Source: Candidatus Marinacidobacterium sp. (GTDB taxonomy: Bacteria; Acidobacteriota; Vicinamibacteria; Marinacidobacterales; Marinacidobacteraceae). Taken from it: DNA of 64,000 nt. The notes below the pieces were generated by a model. It saw nothing but the letters and a program-made list of their open reading frames with translations. It had not been told where the DNA came from and did no database searches. How positions within the stretch are numbered: position 1 is the first letter of the stretch; each line of letters opens with the position of its first letter. Made by a program: the position numbers and the translations under genes. The stretch covers positions 1,452,012-1,516,011 of the forward strand of contig OZ241856.1 of NCBI GenBank assembly GCA_965202845.1, read 5' to 3'. Below, one piece after another: positions 36,509 to 47,290 of the stretch.

Positions 36509-38321
36509 CGCCGGCCCCTCCTCCTTCCTCCCGGCGGCCCTGGAACCAGGCGTCGAACACCGCCCGCGCCACCGGCGCCGCGAACACACCGCCCCCGCCG
36601 GAATGCTCCACGATGGCGGCCACCGCGATCTCCGGATCGTCGTGGGGCGCAAACCCCACGAACCACGCATGGGTGCGGAGTTCGCGGGGGCGATCGGCGT
36701 TGTCCCGCGCGATCCGGGACAGGCCGGCGACCTGGGCCGTCCCCGTCTTCCCGCTCACCTGGACCCCTTCCAGCGCGGCGCGCCGGGCGGTTCCGTCCTC
36801 CACCGCCGCCCGCATCCCCTCCCGGATCAGGGCGAAGCGCTCCGGCGCCAGCCCGGTCACCCGCCCGGACGGGGCGACGCCGACCAGCCGGGGCTGAAAC
36901 AGCGTTCCCGAAGTCGCCACCGCCGCCGCCAGCCGCGCCATCTGCATCGGAGTCACTTCGAGCGGCCCCTGCCCCACCGAGAGGGACGCCGTCTCGCTCG
37001 CATACCAGGGTTCGTCGTGGACCCGCCGTTTCCAGTCGCGGCTCGGCACCAGGCCGGTCGTCTCGTTGGTCAGGTCCACGCCGGTGGCGGCGCCCAGCCC
37101 GAACGCCCGCGCGTAGCGGGCCAGCACATCCACGTCCAGCCGCTGCGACAGGCGGTAGAAGAAGACGTTGCACGACTCCTTGAGCGCCTCCACCAAGGAG
37201 ACGCTCCCGTGCCCGGACTCCCGGTGGCAGGCGAACGTCCGCCCCGCCACCCGCGCCCGCCCGCGGCAGGTGAATCGGGTGCTCGCATCGGCCACTCCCT
37301 CGCCCAGGGCGGCCGCCGCCGTGATCAGCTTGAACGTGGACCCCGGCGGGTACTTCCCCTGGGTGGCGCGGTTCAGCAGCGGGTTCATGGGGTTGTTCAA
37401 GAGCGCGCGCCAGACTCCCGGCGCCCGCTCGGGGCCGGCGTCGAACGCCGGAAAGCTCCCCAGGCCGAGGACGCCCCCGGTCTTCAGGTCAAGCGCGACG
37501 AACGCGCCGCTCTCGCTTCCGAACGCCTCGTGCCCGGCCCGCTGGATCGCGGCCTCCGCCGACAGCGTGAGGCGCCGTCCCCGCACCGGCTCGACCCGGC
37601 TGATCCCCCCGGGAACCAGCACCCGCTGGCGGCTGTCCACCACGCTCTGGATCCGGCCGTCCTGTCCGGCCAGCACCTCGTTGTACATCCGCTCGACGCC
37701 GTCCTGCCCCACCTGATCCCCGGCTCGGGACCCCGCGAACTCCTCGAGCAGCAGCTGGGCGCCGGTCACTTCGCCCACATGACCCAGCAGATGCGCGGTC
37801 GCCGCTCCCATCGGATAGACGCGCACCGGCACGAAATCCACCCGCACGTCGGGAAGCTCCCGACGCCGCGCCATGTACCAGGACGCCGCTTCGAAGGTGA
37901 GGGGCCGCACCACCGCCGGCTGGCGCGCCGCCTGCCGACGCAGCGCGGCCCGCTCTTCGGGGGAGACGTCCAGGTGGCCGATCGCCTCGAGTTGGTCGAG
38001 TCCCTCCGTACCGGCGGTCAGCCGGAAGAACGGCCGGCTCTCCGCAAGCACGACGCCGCGCCGATCCACCACCAGCCCCCGCGGGGCCCGGGTGCGTTCG
38101 GTCGCCACGTAGTTGCTGCGCGCCCGCTCGACGAACTCCTCGCCGCGCGCCACCTGAAGGCTCCAGAAGCGGACCACCAGGAGCACCATCGCCACCCAGA
38201 AGACCCCGCGGGCGAACAGGAGACGGGAGGCGATCCGTCCGCCGGCGTCCCCGTCGAGGAACCCGAAGCCGCCCCTCGAGGCGGGGCGGGAGGAGGGACG
38301 GGAACGGCTAAGGCGCGGCAT
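36480..38321 (-). CDS. mrdA: Penicillin-binding protein 2
   Basis: YPPGSTFK, SCN, GKTGTAQ; mre cluster context. Confidence 0.94.
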   Translation of the reverse strand: MPRLSRSRPSSRPASRGGFGFLDGDAGGRIASRLLFARGVFWVAMVLLVVRFWSLQVARGEEFVERARSNYVATERTRAPRGLVVDRRGVVLAESRPFFRLTAGTEGLDQLEAIGHLDVSPEERAALRRQAARQPAVVRPLTFEAASWYMARRRELPDVRVDFVPVRVYPMGAATAHLLGHVGEVTGAQLLLEEFAGSRAGDQVGQDGVERMYNEVLAGQDGRIQSVVDSRQRVLVPGGISRVEPVRGRRLTLSAEAAIQRAGHEAFGSESGAFVALDLKTGGVLGLGSFPAFDAGPERAPGVWRALLNNPMNPLLNRATQGKYPPGSTFKLITAAAALGEGVADASTRFTCRGRARVAGRTFACHRESGHGSVSLVEALKESCNVFFYRLSQRLDVDVLARYARAFGLGAATGVDLTNETTGLVPSRDWKRRVHDEPWYASETASLSVGQGPLEVTPMQMARLAAAVATSGTLFQPRLVGVAPSGRVTGLAPERFALIREGMRAAVEDGTARRAALEGVQVSGKTGTAQVAGLSRIARDNADRPRELRTHAWFVGFAPHDDPEIAVAAIVEHSGGGGVFAAPVARAVFDAWFQGRREEGGGAGDVRPMASRD

Positions 38322-38353
38322 CGGGAAGGCGGAGACGGGAAGGCGGAGACGGG
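38322..38353. repeat. Tandem 14-bp repeat CGGGAAGGCGGAGA x2
   Basis: Seen directly in the mreD-mrdA spacer. Confidence 0.7.
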
Positions 38354-38361
38354 GCGGGAGG

Positions 38362-38886
38362 CTACCAGAGCGGCAGGCCGTTTTCGCCGGGAACCGGGAA
38401 CCGGGACACCGCGCGCAGCCGACGGCAGAGTATGTAGAGAAGAACGGCGTAGATCGCGGTCACCGGAACCCCGAGCAGGAACGGCGCCATCGCGCCGGCG
38501 AGCGCCGGAGCGCCGCCGGTGACCGCCCGCATGATGATGAGCAAGACGCCGTCGGCGAGCGCGGCGAACACCGAAACCAGCAAGAACGCCAGCGGCGGAA
38601 TCGCCGGCCACGGCTCGGAAAGGCGCTGGAGCGCGTAGCACGCCAGCAACTTGGACAGGCCGTTCAGACCGACGTACCCGGAGGACATCGCATCCTGCAG
38701 CAGTCCCCCGGCCGCCGACGCCCCGAGCGCCGCCATCGGCCGGCCGGCCACGCCGAGCGCCGCCACCGTGGCCAGCACGAAGTCCGGCGCGAGGATCTCC
38801 GGGGTCACGATCCGGGCGAACAGCGCCTGAAACAGGAACGCGGCGAACAGGAAAACCGGGATCGCCAGGATCCGCACGGCGCGCAA
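38362..38886 (-). CDS. mreD: Rod shape-determining protein MreD
   Basis: Hydrophobic, PD and GLLQD motifs; lies between mreC and mrdA. Confidence 0.8.
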   Translation of the reverse strand: MRAVRILAIPVFLFAAFLFQALFARIVTPEILAPDFVLATVAALGVAGRPMAALGASAAGGLLQDAMSSGYVGLNGLSKLLACYALQRLSEPWPAIPPLAFLLVSVFAALADGVLLIIMRAVTGGAPALAGAMAPFLLGVPVTAIYAVLLYILCRRLRAVSRFPVPGENGLPLW

Positions 38887-38887
38887 C

Positions 38888-39742
38888 CTATCGGGAGGCC
38901 CAAGGGCCGGCGTCGGGAACCGGCGGCAGGATGAACACCCGCTCGAGGGTCTTGAAGTCGGCGAGCGGAACGATCCACACCCCGGCCAACATGCCGCTTC
39001 CCGAACGCACCGCGCTCACCTCGCCGATGGGAAGCCCCTTGGGGAACAGCCGGTCCACGCCGCTGGAAATCACCTTCTCACCCACCGCGATGCGGTGGCC
39101 GACCGACACGAAATCAAGCGCAAGGACCGCCATCGGCTCTTCGGAGTCGCCGAGCGCCGGGCGAACGACGCCCGGGGTGCGGCTCTGCGCGGTCAACGCC
39201 GCCGCCGAGCTCGAGGGATCGGTGAGCAGCGCCACCTGGCTGGAGGCGCGGGCCACCCGGATCACCCGCCCCACCAGTCCCTGGGCGGCCATGACTGGAG
39301 CGCCCCCGAACACTCCGTGCTCCGAGCCGCGGTTCACCGTCAGCGAACGGTCGAAGGGATCGGCGCCGAAGCCGACCACTTCCGCCTCCAACGGTTCCCC
39401 GACGTCGAACATCTCCCGGTCCAGCACCGTGAACCCGCGCGCCCGGTCCAGCAGACCGCGCTGCACGGTGAGCTCCCACTCGAGCCGGGCCAGCCGGTCC
39501 CGGGCGCGGTTCCGCTCGGCGCGCAATCCCGCCGGATCGAACGCCGCGTCGAACCGTTCCCCGAGGGAGCGGAGCGCGACGGCGAGGCCGCCCCGGCTCA
39601 CCGCGACGACAGCCGCCAACCGGTCGCCGCCCGGAAACCGGCTCTCGCCGATCCGTACCTGCCAGGTGAGCAGGGCGAGGTTGCCGAGCAGCAAAGCGGC
39701 GAAGAGGCTCCGCGCCGGGCGCCCGCCGGGGATGGGACTCAC
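38888..39742 (-). CDS. mreC: Rod shape-determining protein MreC
   Basis: NRGS..GV, GLVGRV, SSGVDRLFPKGLPIG. Confidence 0.9.
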   Translation of the reverse strand: MSPIPGGRPARSLFAALLLGNLALLTWQVRIGESRFPGGDRLAAVVAVSRGGLAVALRSLGERFDAAFDPAGLRAERNRARDRLARLEWELTVQRGLLDRARGFTVLDREMFDVGEPLEAEVVGFGADPFDRSLTVNRGSEHGVFGGAPVMAAQGLVGRVIRVARASSQVALLTDPSSSAAALTAQSRTPGVVRPALGDSEEPMAVLALDFVSVGHRIAVGEKVISSGVDRLFPKGLPIGEVSAVRSGSGMLAGVWIVPLADFKTLERVFILPPVPDAGPWASR

Positions 39743-39766
39743 GGGAAATTCAGGAGCGCCCCCTCG

Positions 39767-40795
39767 TCAGTCGGCGAGCGTCACCCGCCGGAGCAGCGGG
39801 ATGTCATCCAGAACCTGGCCGGCGCCCAGCACCACGCAGTCGAGCGGGTCCTCGGCCAGCCGCACTTCAAGTCCGGTGCTTTCGCCCAGGACGCTGCCGA
39901 GGCTTCGCAGCAAGGAGCCGCCGCCGGTGAGCACGATGCCGTTCGGGATCAGATCGGCAGCCAGCTCCGGCGGAGTGCGCTCCAGCACATGGTGCACCTC
40001 CTGGACGAGCTTCGCCACCGGGGCTTCGAGGCCGGCATAGACATCCCGGTCCGAAAGGGTGATGGAGGTCGGCGTCCCCCGGGTCAGGTGCCGGCCGCTG
40101 ATCACCATCGTCGTGCCGCTGGCTTCGTCGGTGGGCTTGGCGGTGCCGATCTGCATCTTCACCCGCTCGGCGGTGCGCTCCCCGACCAGCAGGCTGAAGT
40201 TCCGATGCAGGTGCGCCCGGATGGCGTCGGTGAATTCATCGCCGGCGGTGGTGACCGAGGCGCCGGCCGCGATGCCGGCGAGGGCGATGACGGCGATGTC
40301 GGTGGTGCCGCCGCCGACGTCCACGATGCAGCAGCCCTGGGGGCTCTTGACGTCCATCCCGGCGCCGATCGCCGCCGCCATCGGCTGGTCGATCAGGAAC
40401 ACCTCGCTCGCCCGCGCCCGGAGGATGCTGTCCCGCACCGCCCGCTTCTCGACCGGCGTCACGCTCAGCGGCACCCCGACGACCATCTTGGGCGCCGCCC
40501 AGCGCCGCTTCAGCGCCTTCACCGCGAAGTAGTTGATCATCCGCTCGGCCACCTCGAAGTCGGCGATGACTCCGTTCTTCATCGGACGGACGGCGGTGAT
40601 GTGCGCCGGGGTCTTCCCGATCATGTCGTAGGCTTCCTGCCCCACCGCCTCCACCCGCCGGTTCATGGTGTTCATCGCCACCACCGACGGTTCGCGCAGC
40701 ACCACCCCCTCCTCCTTCGTGTAGACCAGGGTGTTCGCAGTGCCGACGTCCACCGCCAGGTCGGCGGAGAACAGGCTCAGGAGAGCTCGAAACAT
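39767..40795 (-). CDS. mreB: Actin-like MreB
   Basis: DVGTANT, PMKNGVIADF, VDVGGGTT, LTGGGSLL. Confidence 0.97.
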   Translation of the reverse strand: MFRALLSLFSADLAVDVGTANTLVYTKEEGVVLREPSVVAMNTMNRRVEAVGQEAYDMIGKTPAHITAVRPMKNGVIADFEVAERMINYFAVKALKRRWAAPKMVVGVPLSVTPVEKRAVRDSILRARASEVFLIDQPMAAAIGAGMDVKSPQGCCIVDVGGGTTDIAVIALAGIAAGASVTTAGDEFTDAIRAHLHRNFSLLVGERTAERVKMQIGTAKPTDEASGTTMVISGRHLTRGTPTSITLSDRDVYAGLEAPVAKLVQEVHHVLERTPPELAADLIPNGIVLTGGGSLLRSLGSVLGESTGLEVRLAEDPLDCVVLGAGQVLDDIPLLRRVTLAD

Positions 40796-40936
40796 GGGGG
40801 GCGGGACCGGGGTTCGGGAGCGTGCCGGACGGCGAGCTCGGACATGGTGTCGGGAGTCTGCGAATCATACCCGCCAGCGGGCCGCCCGCGGTTTGTTTGC
40901 GGGGAAGCGGCGGGTCGGAGTACGATCCCCGGTTTC

Positions 40937-42841
40937 ATGATTCTGGAGTACTTCCGCAACCGCAGGTCCGTCGGCTGGTTCGCCGGGGCCGGACTGCTGG
41001 TGCTGGTCATCCTCGCGTTCATCGCCCTCTACATCCCCGATTTCATGGGCGACCCGACGCAGGCGCTCTACAACCAGGAGGTGGCGTCGGTGGACGGGGA
41101 GCCGATCCGGGCCAGCGAGTTCCTGGCCCGCTACCAGCAGGTCTCCCGGCAGTACCAGGAGCAGATGGGCGAGGGCTTCACCCCGACCTTCGCCCGGCGC
41201 ATGGGGCTGCCGCTCTCGGTGGTGAACGACCTGGCCCAGCGGCGCATGCTCGTCGCCGAAGCCGAGCGTCACGGGATCGAAGTCACCGACGATGCCGTGG
41301 GCGAGGCCATCCGCGCCCTGCCGGTGTTCCAGCAAGGCGACGGTTTCATGGGGCGCGAGGCGTATCTGGCGCTGCTCGCGTCCAACCGGCTGACCCCCAG
41401 GGATTTCGAGAATTCGATGCGCGAGGATCTGCTGGTGGAGCGCCTGCAGGCGATGGTCACGGGCCCCGCCGGCGTCGCGGAGACCGAGCTGCGCGAGGAA
41501 TACCGGCGCCGCAACGAACATCTCTCGCTGGATCTCTGGCATCTGACCGAATCCGCGTTCCGGGACGAGGTGGGGGACATCACCGGGGAAGAGGCGCAAG
41601 AGCGCTATGAGAGCGACCCGTCGGCCTACGAGGTTCCGGCGCGGCGGCGCATCCGCTTCGTGACCGTCTCCGAGCAGTCGCTCGCCGAGGAGGTGAGCGT
41701 GCTCCCGCGCGAAATCCGGCGGTACTACAACCGCAATCTCTTCCAGTACCAGACCGAGGCGGAGGCGACCGCCAGCCACATCCTGTTCACCCCGGATCCC
41801 GGGGAGGACGAGGAGGCGGTCCGGGCCGAGGCGCTGGAAATCGCGGAGCGGGCCCGCTCCGGGGAGGACTTCGCCGAACTCGCCCGGGCGCATTCCGACG
41901 ATTCGGTGACCGCCGAAACCGGGGGGAGCCTCGGGACCTTCAGCCCCGCGGCGCTGTTGCCCGAGCTGGCCGAGGCGATCCCGGCGATGGCGCCGGGCGA
42001 GGTGAGCGATCCCATCCGCACCAGCGACGGCTTCCACATCGTGCTGCTGGAGTCCCAGGTTCCGGGCGAGACCACCGAACTCGCCGACGTCGAGGCGGAG
42101 ATCGAATCCATCCTGCGGGAAGAGAAGGCGCAGGAGCTGCTGGCCGACCGGATTCCCGAACTCACCCGGCTGGCCGCCGATGCGGACGGCCTGGACGCCA
42201 TCGCGGCGCGCTATCCGCTGATGATCCCCCAGGAAAGCAGCGCCTTCGCGGCCGGCGAGGCGGTTCCCGAACTCGGTTCCGCCGCCCTGGGCGATCTCGC
42301 GTTCGAGCTTGACGCCGGAGAGGTCGGGGGGCCGGCGCGGCTCCCGAACGGCTTCGCCCTCATCGAACGGATCGAGGAGGAGCCGGCTCACATCCCCGAC
42401 TTCGAGGACGTGGAGGAGCAGGTCAAGGAGGACATCCGGTCCGAGCGGGCGCTCGCGCTCGCCCGGGAAGCCGCCGACGAGCTGTTCCAGACGCTCGAGA
42501 GCGGCGCGACGCCGGACACCGACCCGACCCCGCTGGCCGCCTGGTACCGGGGGCGGCCGCTCGATGCGGCCGGCGCGATCCCCCTGGACGAGGATCGGCT
42601 GTTCGCGGCGGAACCCGGATCGATCCCGCCGCCGATCGCCGCCGAAAACGGCTTCGCGGTGGTTCGGGTGCTGGAGCGGAACGGCTTTTCGGACGAGGAG
42701 TTCGAGGCGGCGCAGGAGTCCTTCCGCGAGGAGCTCCTTTTCGAGCGGCGGAACCTCCTCTGGGCCGCCTTCGTGGAAGCGGCCGCCGAAAGACACGAAG
42801 TCCGCATCGACGAACAGGCGCTCAACGACCTCATCGGCTAA
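40937..42841 (+). CDS. ppiD: PpiD/SurA-family parvulin PPIase
   Basis: N-terminal TM, SurA-like domain, ASHIL, FAELARAHS.D, GGSLG, GFHIV. Confidence 0.85.
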   Translation: MILEYFRNRRSVGWFAGAGLLVLVILAFIALYIPDFMGDPTQALYNQEVASVDGEPIRASEFLARYQQVSRQYQEQMGEGFTPTFARRMGLPLSVVNDLAQRRMLVAEAERHGIEVTDDAVGEAIRALPVFQQGDGFMGREAYLALLASNRLTPRDFENSMREDLLVERLQAMVTGPAGVAETELREEYRRRNEHLSLDLWHLTESAFRDEVGDITGEEAQERYESDPSAYEVPARRRIRFVTVSEQSLAEEVSVLPREIRRYYNRNLFQYQTEAEATASHILFTPDPGEDEEAVRAEALEIAERARSGEDFAELARAHSDDSVTAETGGSLGTFSPAALLPELAEAIPAMAPGEVSDPIRTSDGFHIVLLESQVPGETTELADVEAEIESILREEKAQELLADRIPELTRLAADADGLDAIAARYPLMIPQESSAFAAGEAVPELGSAALGDLAFELDAGEVGGPARLPNGFALIERIEEEPAHIPDFEDVEEQVKEDIRSERALALAREAADELFQTLESGATPDTDPTPLAAWYRGRPLDAAGAIPLDEDRLFAAEPGSIPPPIAAENGFAVVRVLERNGFSDEEFEAAQESFREELLFERRNLLWAAFVEAAAERHEVRIDEQALNDLIG

Positions 42842-42853
42842 GGCCCCCCAATC

Positions 42854-43234
42854 ATGCAACTCGACATCCGGCAACGGCGCGACGTCACCATCCTGGTCTT
42901 GGAAGGACGCCTGGTGGAGGGACCCGGAAGCCAGCAGCTTCGGGAGGCGGTGGAAGTGCTTCTGGAGTCCAGGCGGCTCCATCTGGTCGTGGATCTGAGT
43001 TCGGTGACCAGCATCGACAGCGGCGGCGTGGGGGAGCTGGTGGCTTCGGCGCAGCGGCTGAAGGAGGCGGGCGGGCAGCTGAAGGTGATCAATCCGCTGG
43101 ACCGGGTGGTCCGGGTCCTGGACGTCGCCCGGGTGCTGCCGATGTTCGAGGTCTTCGAGACCGAAGAAGAAGCGGTGGACAGCTTCGCCGACGCCGTCGG
43201 CCCGGCGCCGTCGACGAACTCGCATCCGGCGTGA
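42854..43234 (+). CDS. STAS-domain anti-sigma-factor antagonist
   Basis: [19 protein letters not shown]. Confidence 0.9.
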   Translation: MQLDIRQRRDVTILVLEGRLVEGPGSQQLREAVEVLLESRRLHLVVDLSSVTSIDSGGVGELVASAQRLKEAGGQLKVINPLDRVVRVLDVARVLPMFEVFETEEEAVDSFADAVGPAPSTNSHPA

Positions 43235-44520
43235 TCCCGGTCGGGGAGGCGCGCGCCACCGTCCTCGAGCGGACGCCGGATCTGGGAATCGAGACCGTCG
43301 GTCTGGGCGCGGCGTGCGGCCGGGCGCTGCGCGAGACGATTCGAGCCGACCGGGACCAGCCGCCCTTCGACCGGTCGCTGGTGGACGGATACGCGGTCCG
43401 CGCCGCCGACCTGGGCGACGCCGGCCCGCCGCTGCGCCTTGTAGGCACGGTTCCGGCAGGCCGGGCGGCCGACTTCGCGATCGGTGCGGGAGAGGCGGCG
43501 GCCATCATGACCGGGGCGCCGATGCCGAAAGGCGCCGACGCCGTCATCCTGGTCGAACACGCCGATGCGGACGGAGACGCCGTCTCCTGGCCCACCCCCC
43601 GGTTCGCCTCGCTCCCGCCGGTCGCGCCCGGAGACCAGGTGGCGCGCCGGGGACGGGACGCCCGCTCCGGGTCGCCGCTGCTCCTTCCCGGAACCCGCCT
43701 CTCCCCCGCCGGGATCGGCGTGCTGGCGACGGTGGGACGGACCCGGGTTCAGGTCGGACGCCGCCCGCGCATCGCGGTTCTCTCCACCGGCGACGAACTC
43801 GCGCACCCCCGCAAGCGAAGGCTTCGCGCCGGCGCGATCCGCGATGCGAACAGCCACATGCTGGCGGCCCGTTGCCGCGCCCTGGGCCTTCGGGTCCGCC
43901 GTCTCGGCTTCGTGCGCGACCAGCCGGACGCGCTCTTCCGGGCGATCCGGGAGGGACTCCGCGCGGACGTCCTGCTGGTCTCCGGCGGCGTCTCGATGGG
44001 GCGGTTCGATCTGGTGGAGGACGTGCTGACGGAACTCGGCGCCGCGCTCCACATCACCTCGGTGGCCATCCGCCCCGGCAAGCCCTTCGTTTTCGCTACG
44101 ATAGACGCTCCGGGGACGCCCCGGCTGATCTTCGGACTCCCCGGAAACCCGGTCTCGGCGCTCACCACCCTCGAAGTTCTGGTGCGCCCGGCGTTGGACC
44201 GGGCGGAAGGCATGGCCGACCCGACGCGCCCGCGGATGCGGGTCCGCTTGGAAGCCCCGGTCTCCAACCCCGGTCCCCGCCAGGCGTTTCTTCCGGTGCG
44301 GGTGCATTGCGACGAGAACGGCGCCCTCGCCGCCCGCCCCATCCCGATCCGGGGATCGGGCGACATCGCGGCGATCTCCCTCGCCAACGGCCTGCTGACG
44401 CTCCCCGGAACCGAAAGCGCCTCCGCCGGGGCGTCGGCGCTGGTCGAGCCGCTTCCCGGATGTCCCGATCCGGGCGCCGCAGCCTGGAGCGACCCCCGCC
44501 CCGGGAGTCCCCCATGCTGA
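43231..44520 (+). CDS. moeA: Molybdopterin molybdotransferase
   Basis: [44 protein letters not shown]. Confidence 0.95.
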   Translation: MIPVGEARATVLERTPDLGIETVGLGAACGRALRETIRADRDQPPFDRSLVDGYAVRAADLGDAGPPLRLVGTVPAGRAADFAIGAGEAAAIMTGAPMPKGADAVILVEHADADGDAVSWPTPRFASLPPVAPGDQVARRGRDARSGSPLLLPGTRLSPAGIGVLATVGRTRVQVGRRPRIAVLSTGDELAHPRKRRLRAGAIRDANSHMLAARCRALGLRVRRLGFVRDQPDALFRAIREGLRADVLLVSGGVSMGRFDLVEDVLTELGAALHITSVAIRPGKPFVFATIDAPGTPRLIFGLPGNPVSALTTLEVLVRPALDRAEGMADPTRPRMRVRLEAPVSNPGPRQAFLPVRVHCDENGALAARPIPIRGSGDIAAISLANGLLTLPGTESASAGASALVEPLPGCPDPGAAAWSDPRPGSPPC

Positions 44521-44981
44521 GTCATCTGGACGCCCAGGGGCGGGCCCGCATGGTGGACGTCGGCGAAAAGCCGGTCACCGGGCGGGAGGCGGTCGCCGAG
44601 GCCTTCGTGACGGCGCGCCCGGAAGCCCTCGCGCTGGCGCGGGAGGGGAAGAACCCCAAGGGCGGGGTGGTTGAGACCGCCCGGCTGGCCGGCATCCAGG
44701 CGGCCAAGGTCTGCGCCTCCCTCATCCCGCTCTGCCACCCGCTGCCGCTCGACCACGCCGACGTCGAAGCGACCATCGAGGACGACGGCGTCCGTCTGCG
44801 CAGCCGGGTCCGCTGCCGGGCCTCCACCGGCGCCGAGATGGAGGCGCTGACCGCGGTCTCGGTGGCGGCGCTCACCGTGTACGACATGCTGAAGGCCGCC
44901 GACCGGGGCATGACCATCGGCGGCGTCCGCCTGCTGGAAAAGCGCGGCGGGCGCTCCGGCGACTGGAGGGCGGCGGAATGA
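44514..44981 (+). CDS. moaC: Cyclic pyranopterin monophosphate synthase
   Basis: [31 protein letters not shown]. Confidence 0.96.
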   Translation: MLSHLDAQGRARMVDVGEKPVTGREAVAEAFVTARPEALALAREGKNPKGGVVETARLAGIQAAKVCASLIPLCHPLPLDHADVEATIEDDGVRLRSRVRCRASTGAEMEALTAVSVAALTVYDMLKAADRGMTIGGVRLLEKRGGRSGDWRAAE

Positions 44982-45832
44982 ACGCATCCGGGACGAAGGA
45001 GTCGGCCCTCCGGGAGGCGCTCCGCGGCCTCGGATCGGTCGTGGTGGCGTTGAGCGGCGGGGTGGACAGCGCGACGCTCGCGGTCCTGGCGCACCGCGTC
45101 CTCGGCGCCAGGAGCCTCGCGGTGACCGGGGTCAGCCCCAGCCTCTCGGCGCATCAGCGGGAGCTGGTGCGGCGGACGCTCGAGGTCGAGCCGATGCCGC
45201 ATCGGTGGATTCCCACCGCCGAGATGGAGGACGTCCGCTACCGGCGCAACGAGCGGGACCGGTGTTTTTTCTGCAAGAACGAGCTCTACGGAACGCTTCG
45301 GGCGTTCGCCGACCGGAACGGATTCCGCGCGGTGGCGGACGGAACCAACCGGGACGATGAGGGAGACGAACGGCCGGGCCGGCGGGCGGCGGCCCGGTTC
45401 GGGGTGCGCGCCCCGCTGCTGGAGGCCGGGTTCGGCAAGGCGGACGTCCGGGACCTCGCCCAAAGGCTCGGCATCCCGGTCTGGGAGGAGCCGGCTTCGG
45501 CCTGCCTCGCCTCCCGGATCCCCCACCGGATCCCCATCGACGCCAACCTGCTGGAACAGGTGGAGGCGGGAGAGGCGGCGCTCCGGGACATGGGGTTCGG
45601 CGATTCGCGGGTGCGCCACCACGGCGATCTGGCCCGGATCGAGCTGCCGCCGGACGCGATGGAGCGCCTCCTCCAGCCCGAGGTCTCCGGCCGGATCGCC
45701 CGGCGACTCCAGGCGCTCGGATTCCGGAGGGTCGCGGTGGACCGGCGCGGCTACCAGCCCGCCGGAACCCAGGCGCCGTTCCGCCCGGAGCGCGACCTGA
45801 TCGAACTCCAGCCCGTCGCCGGAACCCGCTGA
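44978..45832 (+). CDS. larE: LarE-family ATP-dependent sulfur transferase
   Basis: SGGVDS PP-loop, RCFFCK, DGTN.DD, RPG, CLASRIP, RVRHH. Confidence 0.88.
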   Translation: MNASGTKESALREALRGLGSVVVALSGGVDSATLAVLAHRVLGARSLAVTGVSPSLSAHQRELVRRTLEVEPMPHRWIPTAEMEDVRYRRNERDRCFFCKNELYGTLRAFADRNGFRAVADGTNRDDEGDERPGRRAAARFGVRAPLLEAGFGKADVRDLAQRLGIPVWEEPASACLASRIPHRIPIDANLLEQVEAGEAALRDMGFGDSRVRHHGDLARIELPPDAMERLLQPEVSGRIARRLQALGFRRVAVDRRGYQPAGTQAPFRPERDLIELQPVAGTR

Positions 45833-46909
45833 TTGTCGCTCGAAGTCAGCATCCTCGCCCATCCGGACTCGGACGACGGCGACGGGCGCGTCGTCGAGGT
45901 CCGCAGCCTGGCGCAGCGGTTCGGGGACGAGGACCCGATCGAGGACTCCCGCCAGTTCGCCGCCGGCGAGCCGGACGCGATCCTCGCCTTTGTCGCCCAG
46001 CTGCTCGAGCGGCGCAAGGACGCGCTTCCCCTCGCCAGCCACCGGGAGTGCCGACGGTGCGGCGCGGCGCGGGACGCCGCCGGGGACGGACGCTCGCCCT
46101 TCGTCTGCGTCGACTGCCTTTCCGCAGCGGCCCGGTCCGTGCGACCGGCGCCCGAACCCGGAGACGGCGTCGAGGCGCTCTTTCTGGGGACCGGCGACGC
46201 CTTCGGATCAGGCGGACGCCGCGCCGCCTCCCTCTTCGTGCGGGCGCTGGGGGCGGAGCAGGGCGTCCTGCTGGACGCCGGCCCCGGTTGCCTCGCCGCG
46301 CTGCATGCGGAGGGCCTCGGCGGCGAGGACGTGGGCGCGCTGATCCTGAGCCATTTCCACGGTGACCACTTCGGCGGCGCGACCTTCCTCGAACTGGATC
46401 GGCGCGTGCGGAATCGGAAGGCGGAGCCTCTTCCCGCCTTGACTCCTCCGGGCGGCGCCGACCGCATCCGGGACCTGCGCAAGGCGCTCTACCCCGATTT
46501 CCGTTCGGAGTCCGGCTTCGACGTCCGGGAGCTGCTGCCGGGCGAGACCGCCCCCCTGCCCTCCCGTACCGGCGGCGGCTGGGCGACCGCGTTCGCCGCC
46601 GACCACCAGCCGCGCGCCTGGGCCTTCGGCTGGCGGGTTCGGCTGGGCGGACGCACCCTGGTGTACTCCGGCGACACCGCGTGGAATCCACGCATCCTCC
46701 GGGAGTCGGACGGGGCGGACCTCCTGATCCACGAATGCACGTCCGGCGCCGCTCCCCTTCCCGGCCACACCAGCCACGTCGATCTCCAGCGGGCGGCGCC
46801 GGACATCACCGCGCGCCGGGCGCTGCTGGTCCACGCGGGACCGGAGACGCTGGCGCTATCCGATCCGGTGTTTCCGCTCGCCCACGACGGCTTGCGCGTC
46901 GTGATCTGA
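45833..46909 (+). CDS. MBL-fold metallohydrolase (RNase Z-like) with N-terminal CxxC..CxxC extension
   Basis: LGTGDAFGSGGR, SHFHGDH, YSGDT, HECT. Confidence 0.8.
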   Translation: MSLEVSILAHPDSDDGDGRVVEVRSLAQRFGDEDPIEDSRQFAAGEPDAILAFVAQLLERRKDALPLASHRECRRCGAARDAAGDGRSPFVCVDCLSAAARSVRPAPEPGDGVEALFLGTGDAFGSGGRRAASLFVRALGAEQGVLLDAGPGCLAALHAEGLGGEDVGALILSHFHGDHFGGATFLELDRRVRNRKAEPLPALTPPGGADRIRDLRKALYPDFRSESGFDVRELLPGETAPLPSRTGGGWATAFAADHQPRAWAFGWRVRLGGRTLVYSGDTAWNPRILRESDGADLLIHECTSGAAPLPGHTSHVDLQRAAPDITARRALLVHAGPETLALSDPVFPLAHDGLRVVI

Positions 46910-46917
46910 AGCGAAGC

Positions 46918-47187
46918 TCAGTCGTCCTTCGTCCGGGATCCGGAAGCCTCGCCGCCGTCCGAGCCGCCGGTGAGGCTCCGCATGGACTTGCGGAAGTTCC
47001 GGATGCCCTCCCCGAGTCCGGCGCCGAGCTGGGGCAGCTTGCCGGCGCCGAACACCAGAATCACGATGAACAGGGTGATGAGCAGTTCCGTGGTTCCCAG
47101 CCCGCCAATCAACAGGAGGGGAACCGCCGGGGGGATCGCCAGAGGAATCACTTGCGGCGCGAGGAGTGCGGAGATCATGCCCCCCAT
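46918..47187 (-). CDS. tatA: Twin-arginine translocase subunit TatA
   Basis: GLGTTELL...FGAGKLPQLG..LGEGIRNFRKS; start uncertain (47187 or 47178). Confidence 0.92.
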   Translation of the reverse strand: MGGMISALLAPQVIPLAIPPAVPLLLIGGLGTTELLITLFIVILVFGAGKLPQLGAGLGEGIRNFRKSMRSLTGGSDGGEASGSRTKDD

Positions 47188-47290
47188 TCTACCCCCTTCC
47201 CCGAAAATCCGGATGGCGCGGCTTCCCCTGCGCTTTCGGGAAACCGGCGCCGGCAAACCCCGCCGGAAACGAGTGGTACCCTGATTCGCG

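Noticed and set aside
38281-38361. G-rich tandem repeats or G-quadruplex at the mreD-mrdA junction
   Set aside because: Two copies only; expected by chance or slippage at this GC content.
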